Assembly: GCF_006345805.1 (NCBI RefSeq)
Contig: NC_043016.1
Coordinates: forward strand, 17,546,001-17,610,000
Direction: 5' to 3'
DNA from: Octopus sinensis
Lineage: Eukaryota
Length of the DNA: 64,000 bases
Within the stretch, counting starts at the first letter, position 1. The number at the start of each line of letters is the position of its first letter. The position numbers and the translations under genes were made by a program. Shown piece after piece: positions 11,573 through 25,559 of the stretch. The notes under the pieces were generated by a model. That model made no database searches. It was not told the DNA's origin and saw only the letters and a program-made list of their open reading frames with translations.

Positions 11573-12999
11573 GCTCATTGATGTTTCAGAGATAACTTAG
11601 CAGTTTTCGACTCTTTCTTGACCATCATATTCTATGGATCTCATCTTAGTTTCTGAATGCCTCACTTCTTCCATCTTGTCTCTTCGGTACACCTACGCTC
11701 CCTTGCACGTCGGCATGTTAACACATACATACCTATACAAACGGTCTTGCGGATACACACATACCCACACGTATGTATTCCTTACACATGTATACTCACA
11801 TTTATATCACTATTTACCCACCACATTGTGTCTTTAACAAACACATACAACTTCCCCTACCGCTTATCTTCCTTTACTTTCCAATTTTCTTTCAAATAAC
11901 GTATTTTTAGGGCTTTATATTTGTTTTTTTTAAAATTCGACCTTTGTTGGGTATGGATTGAACATGAATATTAGAATATTAGGTTATATTGGATAAAAGA
12001 AATGCTTTGAAAACGAGATATAATCTGCCTACTCCGTTATATTGTTTTACACCATGTACTTCCCAAAAATATCTTTTTTCTTTACGCTTCGTCAGTCAGT
12101 TCCAGCTTTAATCCATTCAAAACAACAATTTCTTTTCTGCGGACTTTATCAAATTCATATCACAGTTATCACCTCTCCGCTCTGCGTCTTTTGCCAGCTT
12201 TTGTTTTTACAGTCAAACCTCTCCGGACATTTACCTGCGTTTTGTATTTTTAAAAATCTTTTTCTTTGACTTCGTTTCTCTTTACAGAGCTCAAACACTT
12301 TCTTTATGTCTCTTATTATAGTTCAAATCAGTATGAGCCTCGGGGGTCTATAAAAGATTCAATTGTTAAAATTTATCTGCTATAAACTGGTTGTACTTCC
12401 ACAATACACAAAATACTTTAATAGTTTTTAAACACAATTCCTAATAATATCTAATTATGAAAATATGAAATGATTTTTTTGGAAATCGAATAACTAGGGA
12501 GGTCTATCTGAATAAAATATCAATCAAAGGGATTCATGGTGAAAAATGGTCGAGAAACACTAGCCTAACCACGTTCTTTGTTTAAACATGGATCTGCATA
12601 TAAATCCACCACGCCTTCCAAGTTCCTCTTACTTTCCGATTTTTTAAACAATTTTTTCCCCATTTATATAAAAAATATATCGTAGATTCAATCGAACCGT
12701 TTTGAAGTTAATCGACTTTCTTGATATTCTGTTATTTAACCTTGGAAATATTTAACAAAATATAAGAAAATAATTCTAAATTGAGTATTAGTTAAGAATG
12801 TGGTCTACCATATTATCGAAGACGTGAAATGAGAAGAAAATATGGAACTGAAAAGGAACCCTTATAGAAAGACAGCGTGTTCCCCCCTTTATGGATATGA
12901 TATATAATGCCTTCTTTTAGGTTTTAAGGAAGTTTACCACTTGCAAGGAAACTCTGGAAAAGTATCTGAAGTGGTTTTGCTAAAGCTTGTTTACAAGAC

Positions 13000-13190
<191 letters not shown>

Positions 13191-13932
13191 CAGCTAAGAT
13201 TTTACTATAAATGATAGAATGTTAGACAATCCCCACCCTGCGAAGAAAACCTTACACTTATTTATCACTTAATAGACGACTGCAGTTTCGCTTACATAGC
13301 AAAACGACTAATCAAATAAATTTGGTTTAAACTTTCTAAAGTTATCCAACACAACGGCAAAAAAAGAATAATTAATATGGATACAAATTCTATTTCCTCT
13401 ATCCATTAATAAAAGAGAAAGCAAAATGTATTTTCACTAATATTTTTACGAAGTGGTGGAAATGCTTCCTTGGAGAACCTTTGTTTTCACTTATTTTACT
13501 ACATTTGCCAGTCATTCATCCTTAACAGGAAAGAGGTATTATATAAATATTAGAAAATGTTATGCTTCGAGTTCTGTTTGCGTCGAGCCTCTCTAGCAAA
13601 TCGAACGTTCTCCGTTGACTTAAAAATAAATCGTGGTACTTATGTGTCTCAGGACCGTATGTCAGTAATAAAGGGAACTAAAAAGGAAGTTGTTTTATCG
13701 CAAAACTTCCGCTCTGTCATTTCATTGAAATCAATGAAAACCTGGAGCGCTATATTTCATCTTCATTGCTAATAATATATCAAAATTTGACAGCAAATAC
13801 GTTGACAATATACAGTTTTCGTAAACCATCGTGAGCCAAACATATTTTTGTAAATAAGTAATTCAAAAGTCGTTGCAATATATATTCAAATGTAATATAA
13901 ATATATAAGAATATTACTGTTAGTAATAGGTA

Positions 13933-14340
13933 CAGGAGTGGCTGTGTGGTAAGTAGCTTGTTTACCAACCACATGGTTCCGGGTTCAGTCCCACCGCGTG
14001 GCACCTTGGGCAAGTGCCTTCTACTATAGCCTCGGGCCGACCAACGCCTTGTGAGTGGATTTGGTAGACGGAAACTGAAAGAAGCCCGTCGTATATAGTA
14101 TATATATATAATATATATATATGCGTGTGTGGTGTGTTTGTGTGTCTGTGTTTGTCCCCCTTGACAACCGATGCTGGGTGTTATGTCCCCGTTACTTAGC
14201 GGTTCGGCAAAAGAGACCGATAGAATAAGTACTGGGCTAAAAAAGAATAAGTCCCGGGGTCGAGTTGCTCGATTAAAGGCGGTGCTCCAGCATGGCCACA
14301 GTCAAATGACTGAAACAAGTAAAAGAGTAAAGAAAAGAGA
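13933..14340 (+). mobile_element. SINE family A, full length
   Basis: tRNA-like head ggagtggctgtgtggtaag...ggttccgggttcagtccc, conserved body and tail. Confidence 0.9.
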
Positions 14341-14487
14341 GTTAATAATTTACAATAATTTGAGTGACTAGCGTGCGTAACAGAACCACAAAGGGAAAAT
14401 TATCAATTTATAATGAAGGGTACTATTTGTAACAGCATCATGCTAAAGATGGTTGAAGCGGGCATGTTTTTGACCCTGATCCAGTAT

Positions 14488-14547
14488 TACTCACTGACGA
14501 GAACAAAGTGATCATTCACAAAGTTCGAAATCACTGTGCTATGGGTA
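14488..14547 (+). ncRNA. Type I hammerhead ribozyme motif
   Basis: TACTCA-CTGACGA-GAAC[18-nt loop]GTTC-GAAA-TCACTGTGC-T-A-TGGGTA: helix I 6 bp, helix II GAAC/GTTC, helix III with one mismatch. Confidence 0.62.
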
Positions 14548-14719
14548 TGTCTGATTTTCATTGTCGATTTCTTTCGTCTATGGTACAGGGTCTTAAAATT
14601 TTACTGCTCGTCCACTTGATTTAGCCCTTGTGCACAAGTGAAAACTGTGGTTTTAAGTCGTTTTGACTGCCATCTTTAGCATGTTGGGGCTACTACTAGT
14701 AGCCAAATATAATTTGTAT

Positions 14720-15115
14720 CAGGAGTGGCTGTGTGGTAAGTAGCTTGCTAACCAACCACATGGTTTCGGGTTCAGGCTCACTGCGTGGCATCTTGGGCAA
14801 GTGTCTTCTGCTATAGCCCCGGGCCGACCAATGCCTTGTGAGTGGATTTGGTAGACAGAAACTGAAAGAAGCCTGTCGTATATATGTATATATATATTGT
14901 ATGTGTGTGTGCTTGTGTGTTCCTGTATTTGTTCCCCTAGCATTGCTTGACAACCGATGCTGGTGTGTTACGTCCCCGTCACTTAGCGGTTCGGCAAAAA
15001 GAGATCGATAGAATAAGTACTGGGCTTACAAAGAATAAGTCTCGGGGTCGATTTGCTCGACTAAAGGCGGTGCTCCAGTATGGCAGCAGTCAAATGACTG
15101 GAACAAGTTAAAGAA
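14720..15115 (+). mobile_element. SINE family A, full length
   Basis: Same head, body and tail as the 13933 copy. Confidence 0.9.
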
Positions 15116-15377
15116 GTATATTACAATCCGTTATATTTCATGTTACTATGTGATATGTATGCACGTCAGTGTATGCGTCTGTTTGTGTATATGCGAGTGT
15201 GTATGACCGAACGCAAGAGCAGTTGTATGTAAGCGGATAATAATTAAGTAATTACATCGTCCATATTGACAGATATTGGTTGTGGATATACATTAATTTG
15301 ATTTTCTTAGTCAACGCCAAAAATTCGTTCGTGAGTAAAACGTTCAGTTCTATATTTAAGAGATGAGGAATTATGTA

Positions 15378-15554
15378 CATTATTTACATTTGACGGATAT
15401 TTGTCCTCATCTTGTTTGTTGTTAACACAACGTTTCTGCAGTTATACACTCCAGCCTTCATCAGGTGTCCTGGGGAAATTTCGCACCTGGGTTTTCGTTC
15501 CTAAGGTATTTTTCGATGTTGTTATATTATTATATTATTATTATATTATTATTA

Positions 15555-15588
<34 letters not shown>

Positions 15589-15881
15589 TCAGGTCACTGC
15601 CTGGAATCGAACTCGGAATCTTGGGGTTAGTAGCCCCACTCTTAACACTACGCCATATGCTCACGGGCATATGGCGTAGTGGTTAATAATAATAATAACA
15701 CACAACAAAACAACAATAATAATAATAATAACAACAACAACATCGAAAAATACCTTAGGAATGAGAACCCAGGTTCGAAATTTCCCCAAGATACCTGATG
15801 AAGGCTGGAGGGTATATCAGCCGAAACGTTGAGTTAACAACAAACAAGATGAGGACAAATATCCGTCAAATGTAAATGATG
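15378..15881. mobile_element. ~500-bp head-to-head palindromic non-autonomous element: tRNA-like head, (TAA)n linkers, hammerhead motif in each arm
   Basis: 15378-15525 is the reverse complement of ~15735-15881. Central hairpin actacgccatatgc-tcacgg-gcatatggcgtagt. CTGATGA...GAAAC at 15464-15432 (-) and 15795-15827 (+). Confidence 0.8.
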
Positions 15882-16031
15882 GAAATAGAGTAAAACGCTG
15901 TTGCTGTTTAGGCTCATTACCGATCGACTAATTCAGTGGCGCTCATCTACTTGTTTCCTATGCATCCATTTGGTTCCTATTTTATTCATGGGGGCTCCCG
16001 TAGCCATTCAGCATTTAAAAAATCCTATTAC

Positions 16032-16440
16032 ACAGGAGTGTGTTAAGTAGCTTGCTTCCCAACCACATGGTTCTGGGTTCAGTCCCACTATGTGGCACCT
16101 TGGGCAAGTGTCTTCTACAATAGCCTTGGGCCGACAAAGGCCTTGTGAGTGGATTTGGTAGAGGGAAACTGAAAGAAGCCCGTCATATGTATGATATATA
16201 TATATGTTTCTGTGTCTGTATTTGTCTCCCCACCATCCCTTGACAACTGATGTTAGTGTGTTTACGTCCCCGTAACTTAGCTGTTCGGTAAGAGAAACCG
16301 ATAGAATAAGTCCTAGGCTTACAAAGAATAAGACCTGGGGTCGATTTGTTCGACTAAAGGCGCTGATCCAGCATGGCCACAGTCAAATGACTGAAACAAA
16401 CAAGCAAAAAAGAATAAATAAAAAAAGAATAAAGGAATAT
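16032..16440 (+). mobile_element. SINE family A, full length
   Basis: Same family as the 13933 and 14720 copies. Confidence 0.88.
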
Positions 16441-17002
16441 TTTATGTTTAATTATTATTAATTACTGTATTTAAAAAATTGCTGAAAAATTTTGTGGAAG
16501 TTTAACCGATTAATTGGAGATAAATTTTAACAACAAACTCTTCTGAGGACCCAGAAGGGCCATATGGACCCAGGTTGAAAACCACTGGACTAAACCTATT
16601 ATTAACGACTTTCCAGCCGTGACATCTCAGATCTTCTCTCAGGCATTATATACTCTCGAATACTTTCACCTATGTATCCTTTTCTAAACATTGTACAATG
16701 TTCTTTGTCGGACGACATTTTCTTGCTATTTCTAACACATCCAACGACCACGTGGAAGATCCTGTGTTTACTCGACAATAAAATGTCTTTCTAAATGCTC
16801 GAGATATGTAGATAGAAATTTAAATTGGGTTCAGCACTTCTTGAACTAAAGAAACAATAAAAACGATTAGTCGAAAACAGGTGCCATAAAAAAATACTTA
16901 TTGAAATTGTTTTTAATATGAAGAAATAATGAAAAAAAATTATATGCAAAATAACTGATAAGTGTATACACCGCTCCCTCTCTCTATATATACATACGTA
17001 GA

Positions 17003-17085
<83 letters not shown>

Positions 17086-17372
17086 CTGTCTGTCTGTCTA
17101 TCAATTAATATATACAGATCCATCAACCATGATATATGTGTGTATGTGTGTATGTGTGTGTGTGTGTGGGTGTGTGGGTGTGTGTGTGTGGTGTGGTGTG
17201 TGTGTGTGTGTCTAATCACTTAATAAGCAGGGGCATCATCTTTCTGAGTCATTGAGTCTCAGTTTTATTGTTATTTCCTGTTAAGTAGCCAATCACTCTG
17301 ATTTCTTAATTCCTGTTACGCACTTTTGCAGTAAGAGACAAGAGAGGAGAGCGAGGAGAAAGAGGACGAGAG

Positions 17373-17413
<41 letters not shown>

Positions 17414-18451
17414 GGGAGGGAGGGAGGGAGGAGGAGAGAGAGAGTCAGAAGATGTGAAAGAGATTACATCGCTAGTGCTTCGGTTTGTATTTGATGAGGA
17501 ACTTGACTTCCGCATGAATAAAACTCATGCTTTTGTTTTTTGCTGATTCTTTTAACACGTTGACGCCGACCAAGTAGATTTAAACTCAAAAGTATTCTAG
17601 CCATGACCATCCTTTTGTATCGGCAGTCAGGTGTAGGGCTCATAGCCCTTTATAGAACCTCAGAGACTGCTTGGAAGAAGGTAGGAAGTTATCCTATAAT
17701 CAGACACCTAGCCCCATATACTTGCAACAGTATGGTTTCCATTTCAGACACCCACGAACAAGTACTATTGTTAAACCAGGCGATGGAAAAAAATTACCAA
17801 CTATACGTGATTGTCACGGCTGGATTTCACTTCAGAATGTAAAAAGTGGGAGCGAATACTGCAAGGTATGGTGATCGACGATGTAATGATTCTGCAAGCC
17901 AATCATCCTAGATTGGAACTTTCCTCAGAAGAATGAATGGGAAAATTAACCCCTTGGGATTTTAGCTGAGTTCTAAAGAGGTTGGAATAGATATCACAAG
18001 GCATTCGCCCGATGCTGTAACAACTTGCAATTTACTACCAGAATGTAAAATAGTAACGACCAAAGAGAACTTTCAGGAAGCAAAATCCACAGATCAATGT
18101 GAGGGAATATCAAAGGAAATACATACAAGATTCACAGAGATATGTTGGACAATGATTCAGCTGGGAGAAAAGGTTTCCTCTGTGGTTTATGTATGCCGAG
18201 AACAGCTTTATCAATATCAAAACGCTCTTCATTTTGTTAAACCCCAATATTGAAAAGATCATTTAATAAGTATTTTTCAACCCGATAAGAAGAAGTTACA
18301 AAGCATTTATTCTGGTATTATGCCATTTCTAGAATCCCACCACCTTGTATCATACTACCATTTTCATATTCCTAAGCACAGTAAAATGTTATTACTATTA
18401 AAAAAAAAAAGAAAGAAGCTTTATATTACAGCTCATAGTTATTTTACTTAC

Positions 18452-18704
18452 CAAGGATTGCAATCACTTCGTCGTCTTGAATAACTTCAAGAGATCCAGT
18501 GACCACAAAACATAATGAGTCTAAACTTTCTCCTTGATGATAGATGAGATCACCCGGTGCACTATGAGTCATCGTGAAATGCATGGCTAGAGCTCGCAGA
18601 CAGCCGTCGCTTGCCAATCGGAAAGCCGGATGTTCGCAAAAGACTTTCCGATTCAAATGAACACAGATGTCGGCTTTCATATCTTTTGGGCAATAATTCA
18701 ATAC
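18452..18704 (-). CDS. eag: Eag exon: C-linker/CNBHD ([22 protein letters not shown]...[13 protein letters not shown])
   Basis: Near-identical to Eag-family [18 protein letters not shown] and [17 protein letters not shown]. Acceptor cattAG at 18706-18705, donor GTaagt at 18451. 253 nt, continues GIDANK in phase 0. Confidence 0.97.
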
Positions 18705-19336
18705 CTAATGAATAGAACGAAACAATTCATTTGGGAGCTTTTGGCAAACTCTATAAAAGTTTAATCATGAATAAATCATAGTTTATGATATCATGTAGAA
18801 AAAACATATTCGACGCTGGCACAGAAAACGATTTAGAGATTGGAGCATTTAATATAGAGAATTCCTTCGGGATTCTTAATAGTATAAAAACTATTGCGAT
18901 ATGGTTTCCAAAAGCAATACTTATAAAGGTAACAATGATGCAAATTGATAGCAAGCAAATAATAATATAGTGTGCATTAATGAAATAGTGAAAGATTAAA
19001 TGGAAGCTATATATTTTATATAGAATCATATTCACTCAAACATCTTTAAATATTTATTCGTATGGTTATAGAGAAACTGTCGTAATTACAGAGACAGCTT
19101 ATGTATTTAACACAAAAATAAGAACACGAGCTATTGTTTAGAATAACCGAAATTTTGGAAATAATCCATTATCGTTGAAAGCTGGTGCGAAGTTAATTGT
19201 TATACAATCTCTATGCAAACGCACATTACACGCGCACGTGCACACGCACAGTCGGCGCGCGTGCGTGTATAGACAGATGTATAATCTATTTATAATATTT
19301 AGATGTATATATATGTATATATATGTATATATATAT

Positions 19337-19423
<87 letters not shown>

Positions 19424-22400
19424 TATATAATATATATATATATATCTTATTATAATATATATATATAATATATTATTATAATATATATATAATACACAAA
19501 CACACACATGTATAGATTACAAACATATTTAGAAACTGAGACTTCGCAAATCACTACTCCCAAATTCGATCTTCGGATAATTGTGAAACTGTAATACGCA
19601 TATGGTAGAGAGATTTGTATTTGATGGCAAGAATTAAGCAGACAAAGGAATTTTATTGTTGTTCAATAGGACCGTATTTGTTTACTTACTAGGTGTGTGG
19701 TAGAATTGCTTGTTGAAAAAAACAAAATGAAGAATTGGTATAAATAGGAATACGTAAAAAAAGATATAAAGAAATACATACGAACACGCACGCACAAACC
19801 TATATATATATAGATATATAGATACATACACACACATTCACACACACACATATATACATATAAACATATACACAAATAAATTTTTTTTAAATGCTGTAAG
19901 GAGAGCTATCTATTGAAGAGAAATATCCAAATATATAAAAATGAAAAGATTCCAACGATTCATTCCAAGTGAATTTGATATAGAGATAATTATGCAGGCA
20001 AGGAAATAGGTTTTGCTTTTGATAACCTCACCTTGGGGATAAAAATGGAGAGAATTATTTGCTGTGTCTATACATTCGACAGAATTATGTAAATTATCGG
20101 AGTTTGGTCATTATGTATAGAAGATTTCTTACCTTGCAAGGTCTTCATAGAGACGCAATACAATCGGTAATGAATCGTACAGATTTAGGAAGATGTCAAA
20201 AACATTTTAGTTTAATAATCGTTACTCATATTAACATAATTTCTTGAATATCACTTTAAATTTTGATATAAATACTGATGAAAAGTTTATTTATGAACAT
20301 AAGAATTCTAGCCAGTCATAGACTGTTCTACGAAGTACAATCTCTATCTTTCTTACCTTCTGATGATGTTACCTTCATTAATGTTTCTCATTATTATAAA
20401 AAGGTTCTTCGACAAAGTGGGTCTTTCAAATGAAATGCAACTTGCTATCTACTTTTATGTTTTTAAGCGTGAAAATAGACCGGGAAATATTTTCAGGTAT
20501 AATCCGAATTTTAGTTTAAAAGTAAAAAGAAATTTCTTCAAAGATTTTAAAATCTTAATTTCTCTTCTTTTTCTGAAGAATAGTATATAAGATCTTAAGT
20601 AGAAATTCGATTATGGGTAATTATAGCTCTTTTGCAATAAAAGTTTCTGATAATAATAATTCGGTCTATTTCCTTATCTGTAACTGTATTGCTCCAGACA
20701 GTTATCCTCTGCTTTTCGAATCCTTTGATTAGTGTCTTAAAGTATATTTAGACAATGGCAATGCAGTTTCATCGAAAATAATTTCAACAATGTTATTTTT
20801 TTCAGTATATCTATTCTTTCAAATATTCAGGTAAAACAATTATAACATATTTATTCAAGTATTCTTGTTTTTTAAAGAAAAATATGTTCCATTACGTTCA
20901 AAATCAATTGGAATATAGTACAAAACGGTTTACTTATTATAAATGGACGGCTCCTCTTGCTTGCAGTTGGGGAGTAAATGCTGCTGCAGTGAAAAGTCTT
21001 TCATCTTATTTCAAGACTCGCGTGGTTTAAATAAAAGTTCCGAAATGAAAGACTTTGCCGACATAGTCCGTGATATTCTGCATTTAGATTATATATATCC
21101 CAACAGGTTATGTTAAGGACATTTTGCTTTGGACAAAGGAATCACTTCGACGCCATTTTAGTTTATTGTCTCACTTGGTTCTATATGTTTTTATGCATTT
21201 TTATTTTTATATTTCTGAGTTATATTTCTTGGGCAGTTAGCATTAGTTGAACACTAACATTTTAAAATTAATTTTCTTTACAATCACTTTTGTACACACA
21301 CATAAAAGTGATTTAAAAAAAGAACAAATTTAAAAACTTTAGTGTTTAATTAATGTTAACTGCCCAAGAGATATAACTCAGAAATATAAAAATAAAAAAC
21401 ATAAAAACATAGTAGCATATTACATAATCATCCAAAAATTAGAAACCAGGAATTCGGAGTAACTATTTGTGACTTTAATCTCGAAATAAAATAACTCTTC
21501 CTTAACATTAAGTGCATTTTTTTCTTCCTCTTGTTCGCATTTTAATGTTTACTGAAATACATGTATATACGTACACACATGTACGTATATATATTTATGC
21601 ACAGAAGCACATATATTTATATATGTATCAAACAATTTTTCTTCAAAATACATTAAATTTTTTTAAATACTACTACTGTTAATCATACTTGGGAACCTCT
21701 TTCAAAGCCTTTTTTTTTCATTCACATCGACTCTAGAAAATGTCGCAGTCTGCTGTTTAATTCAGTGAGACTTATTTACAAGACTGTTAATTTGTAGGTA
21801 ATAAAAAGAACTCAACATAAACCATAAACATCACGGTTTTCAGTGTAAAAGCAAAGCACACTCACACATACACGTATACACGAAGGCAAATATTCGGTAG
21901 GTTACGGCACAGTTTCCATTTACTAAGTTTCATTCCCTACGCATTAGTCAAGTCGAGGCCAAAGCAGAAAACACATGCCAGATATGCCACTCATTTGAAT
22001 AAAACTTGGATCCACGTGGTCTCAAATCGAGCTATTTAATTACACAGCCGTGTCTGTGCCTATACATATATACATTTATACATATATACAAACATAGAAG
22101 AGAATATCTGTAGACAACTGCTTCGAAACCTTCAGCTTCTATGTCCAGACTATGAATTCATATTCATACCAATAATAATTGGAGCACTGGGCTTTTTTTA
22201 GTAAATGCTTAAAGGAGAATCTGGATAAACTGAGATTTTCAGAAAGAGAAATCGACCGGCTGATTCGTATATAACAAGAGAAATCTGTGAGTGGAACAGT
22301 AAAAATATGCAAGACTTTTCTCAAGTTCCAAATGTGAATTTGTCTATGTTAACTATAACCCAAAGATGGAGCTTTGTACCTTTGTTGGAAGCTGGCTCTC

Positions 22401-22443
22401 TCTTCAGCGGAAGATTTATAATAAATAAAAAATAGAAGAGACA

Positions 22444-22591
22444 TACAATGCGCTTCGCTGGTTACAATGCGCTTCGCTGGTTACAATGCGCTTCGCTGGT
22501 TACAATGCGCTTCGCTGGTTACAATGCGCTTCGCTGGTTACAATGCGCTTCGCTGGTTACAATGCGCTTCGCTGGTTACAATGCGCTTCGC
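22444..22591. repeat. Perfect 19-bp minisatellite (TACAATGCGCTTCGCTGGT), 7 full units plus 15 nt
   Basis: Units start at 22444, 22463, 22482, 22501, 22520, 22539, 22558, 22577; no variants. Confidence 0.97.
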
Positions 22592-22691
22592 ATCGTTTTA
22601 GCTTTCGATTGAAAAGCCACCCTGCTTGCTTGGGTAGCAAGGCTAACCTCAGCCTTGATCGGAAGGCTACTCTATTGCAGAATTGCCTATT

Positions 22692-22925
22692 AAGGCGGCG
22701 AGCTGGAAGAAACGTTAGCACGCCGGGTGAAATGCCTAGCGGTATTTCGTCTGTCTTTATGTTCTGAGTTCAAATTCCGCCGAGGTCGACTTTGCATTTC
22801 ATCCTTTCGAGGTCGATTAAATAAGTACCAGTTACGCACTGGGGTCGATGTTATTGACTTAATCCCTTTGTCTGTCCTTGTTTGTCCCTTCTGTGTGTAG
22901 CCCCTTGTAAGTAGTAAAGAAATAA
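22692..22925 (+). mobile_element. SINE family B, full length
   Basis: aaggcggcgagctgg...gagttcaaattccgccgaggtcgactttgc...aaagaaataaga. Confidence 0.88.
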
Positions 22926-23473
22926 GAATTGCCCATTTACTGCTGAGTGGACGGGGCGGGGTGCAACGTGAAATGAAATGTTTTACTCAAGAACACAATA
23001 CGCTGCTCTGTCCAGGAACCGAACCCTAACCAGCAGGCCACGCACCTTCACGTAGTGATAGTACCGCCATTTTGCTTTGAAACGTAAGCTTACTTTACTC
23101 CTACATTCTGTTTTCTGTACTCTGTTGTATCTGATTTTATCAGATTCATCTCTTGTAGTTTGTTGCTTCCATTTACATAATATGTGATCTTGACGAGAGT
23201 ATAGCATATCCTAACCCTTGGGAATGAGAGTGAGATAGCTTGATAAGCCATGAGTCGTTGTACGCATGTGCATGAATATCGTCTGTATATGTATGCGTAT
23301 GAATATGCATGTGTGTGTGTGCGTATCTAAGCACACACACACACACACGCACATACGCACACACATACATTTACGGAAATAATGATATAGATTGATTTGG
23401 TCACTTACACAACATAATGAACTACCATTTATGAAATTACTATTTTGATAAAAATATTTTGTGTGAGAATGTG

Positions 23474-23521
<48 letters not shown>

Positions 23522-23594
23522 TAAAGTTATATGTATGCACGTATCTGAGAATATTCATATGAGGTGTGTTTGTGTGCATAGTCAGAGCCGTTAT

Positions 23595-23820
23595 CAATGG
23601 TTTGCGAATAACATTTCTTATTTCTTTATTGCCCACAAGGGGCTAAACATAGAGGGGACCAAGAGATCAAGTCGATTACACCGACCCCAGTGCGTAACTG
23701 GTACTTAATTTATCGACCCCGAAAGGATGAAAGGCAAAGTCGGCCTCAGCGGAATTCGAACTCAGAACGTGACGGCAGACGAAACACCGCTAAGCATTTC
23801 GCCCGGTGCGCCAACGCAAT
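23595..23820 (-). mobile_element. SINE family B, full length
   Basis: Reverse complement of the 22692 copy. Confidence 0.85.
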
Positions 23821-24102
23821 ATCCCTGCTAACTGCTGTCGGGGCGGAGATGGCAATGTGCCGGTGCGATCTCCGTGAGTGAGAGTGGCTGTTCCAGCACG
23901 TCTCCCTCGCTATCCTCCAGGGGCAACGCCTTTTCATTTTCTCCGCTGCGGGCCATGAGAAATGTTTCTGTCTTGTGAGAGGCAAAATTCTCAGTTATTA
24001 AAAATTTTGAAAACAAAACATGCTTACTCTCTGTCTGTCTGTCTGTTTGTCTGTCTATTTGTCTGTCTGTCCGTGTGCCTGCCTACCTTTCTACCTGCCT
24101 GC

Positions 24103-24137
<35 letters not shown>

Positions 24138-24146
24138 ACTCTCTCG

Positions 24147-24180
<34 letters not shown>

Positions 24181-24246
24181 GTATATTTGTCTATCTGTCT
24201 GTCCGTCTGCCTGCCTACCTGTCTACCTGCATGCCTGCCTGCCTGC

Positions 24247-24280
<34 letters not shown>

Positions 24281-24459
24281 GTCCGTCTGTCTGTCTGTTT
24301 GTCTGTCTATCAATTATTTTTGTTTGCATTTTAAACAATTATAGTTGCTAAACTGTGAGCCGTATGGTGACCGCCAGCTCATCGAATTTTCCTTTGATTT
24401 CAATATGGACGAAGTGTATGACGTACGACTATTAGTGAACTCTCTTTTTCACACAGACG

Positions 24460-24652
24460 CATACATACATACATACATACATATATACATACATACATAC
24501 ATACATACATACATACATACATACATACATACATACATACATACATACTTACATACATACATACATACATACATTCATACATACTTACATACATACATAC
24601 ATACACACATACATACATACATACATACATACATACATACATTCATACATAC

Positions 24653-24683
<31 letters not shown>

Positions 24684-24700
24684 CATACATTCATACATAC

Positions 24701-24731
<31 letters not shown>

Positions 24732-24792
24732 CATACATACATTCATACATACTTACATACATACATACATACATTCATACATACTTACATAC

Positions 24793-24823
<31 letters not shown>

Positions 24824-24836
24824 CATTCATACATAC

Positions 24837-24867
<31 letters not shown>

Positions 24868-25035
24868 CACATACATACATACATACATACATACTTACAT
24901 ACATACATACATTCATACATACTTACATGCATACATACATACATACATACATACATACATACATACATACATACTTACATACATACATACATTCATACAT
25001 ACTTACATACATACATACATACATATATACATACA

Positions 25036-25069
<34 letters not shown>

Positions 25070-25075
25070 CATTGT
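24460..25075. repeat. (TACA)n microsatellite, ~610 bp, with recurring cattcatacatactta variants
   Basis: Direct reading. Confidence 0.96.
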
Positions 25076-25156
25076 TCAGTATCTACGCGTTGATTAAAAT
25101 TTAATTTTCTAGTTGATCTACGATGCCTTGTTTGTTTACATCGGACGTGATTTATG

Positions 25157-25223
<67 letters not shown>

Positions 25224-25225
<2 letters not shown>

Positions 25226-25375
25226 GACAGGTTTCCGTCAACTAAATCCACGCACAAAGCTTTTGGTCAACCCGAGGATATAGTAGAAGACACCTTCCCA
25301 AGGTGCCACTCAGTGGGATTGAACCCGGATCCATGTGGTTGAAAAGCAAGCTCTTTACCCAACAGCCACGCATGC
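25224..25375 (-). mobile_element. SINE family A, 5' half
   Basis: gtgccactcagtgggattgaacccggatccatgtgg...acagccac. Confidence 0.75.
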
Positions 25376-25559
25376 GCTTGTTCACCTTTTGTCATCTATA
25401 CTTCCTGTATATACCCTCGAAGCTTACTAATTACCTAGACATGGATCGTACCTACCTACACACACGCACACAAAACACACATACATGTATGCATATATAT
25501 ATATAGAATTGTATCTATCTATCTATCTATCTATCTGTCCGTCTGTCTGTCTGTCTATC

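Larger units (their letters stand above)
22444..23045 (-). mobile_element. SINE family D interrupted by a family B SINE
   Basis: Pieces 22444-22690 and 22926-23045 match 25560-25805; tRNA-like head ends at ~23045. Confidence 0.6.

Noticed and set aside
15590-15664. Possible functional tRNA gene
   Set aside because: It has A/B boxes but no convincing cloverleaf, and it is part of a repeat, so I treat it as a SINE-type head.
22444-22591. CRISPR-like appearance of the 19-bp repeats
   Set aside because: The units are contiguous with no spacers, there are no cas genes, and the context is eukaryotic.
24345-25097. 250-aa HTYI-repeat ORF and similar MYVC, YIYI, THTH and LSVC ORFs across the window
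   Set aside because: They are translations of (TACA)n, (TA)n, (CA)n and (TCTG)n microsatellites.
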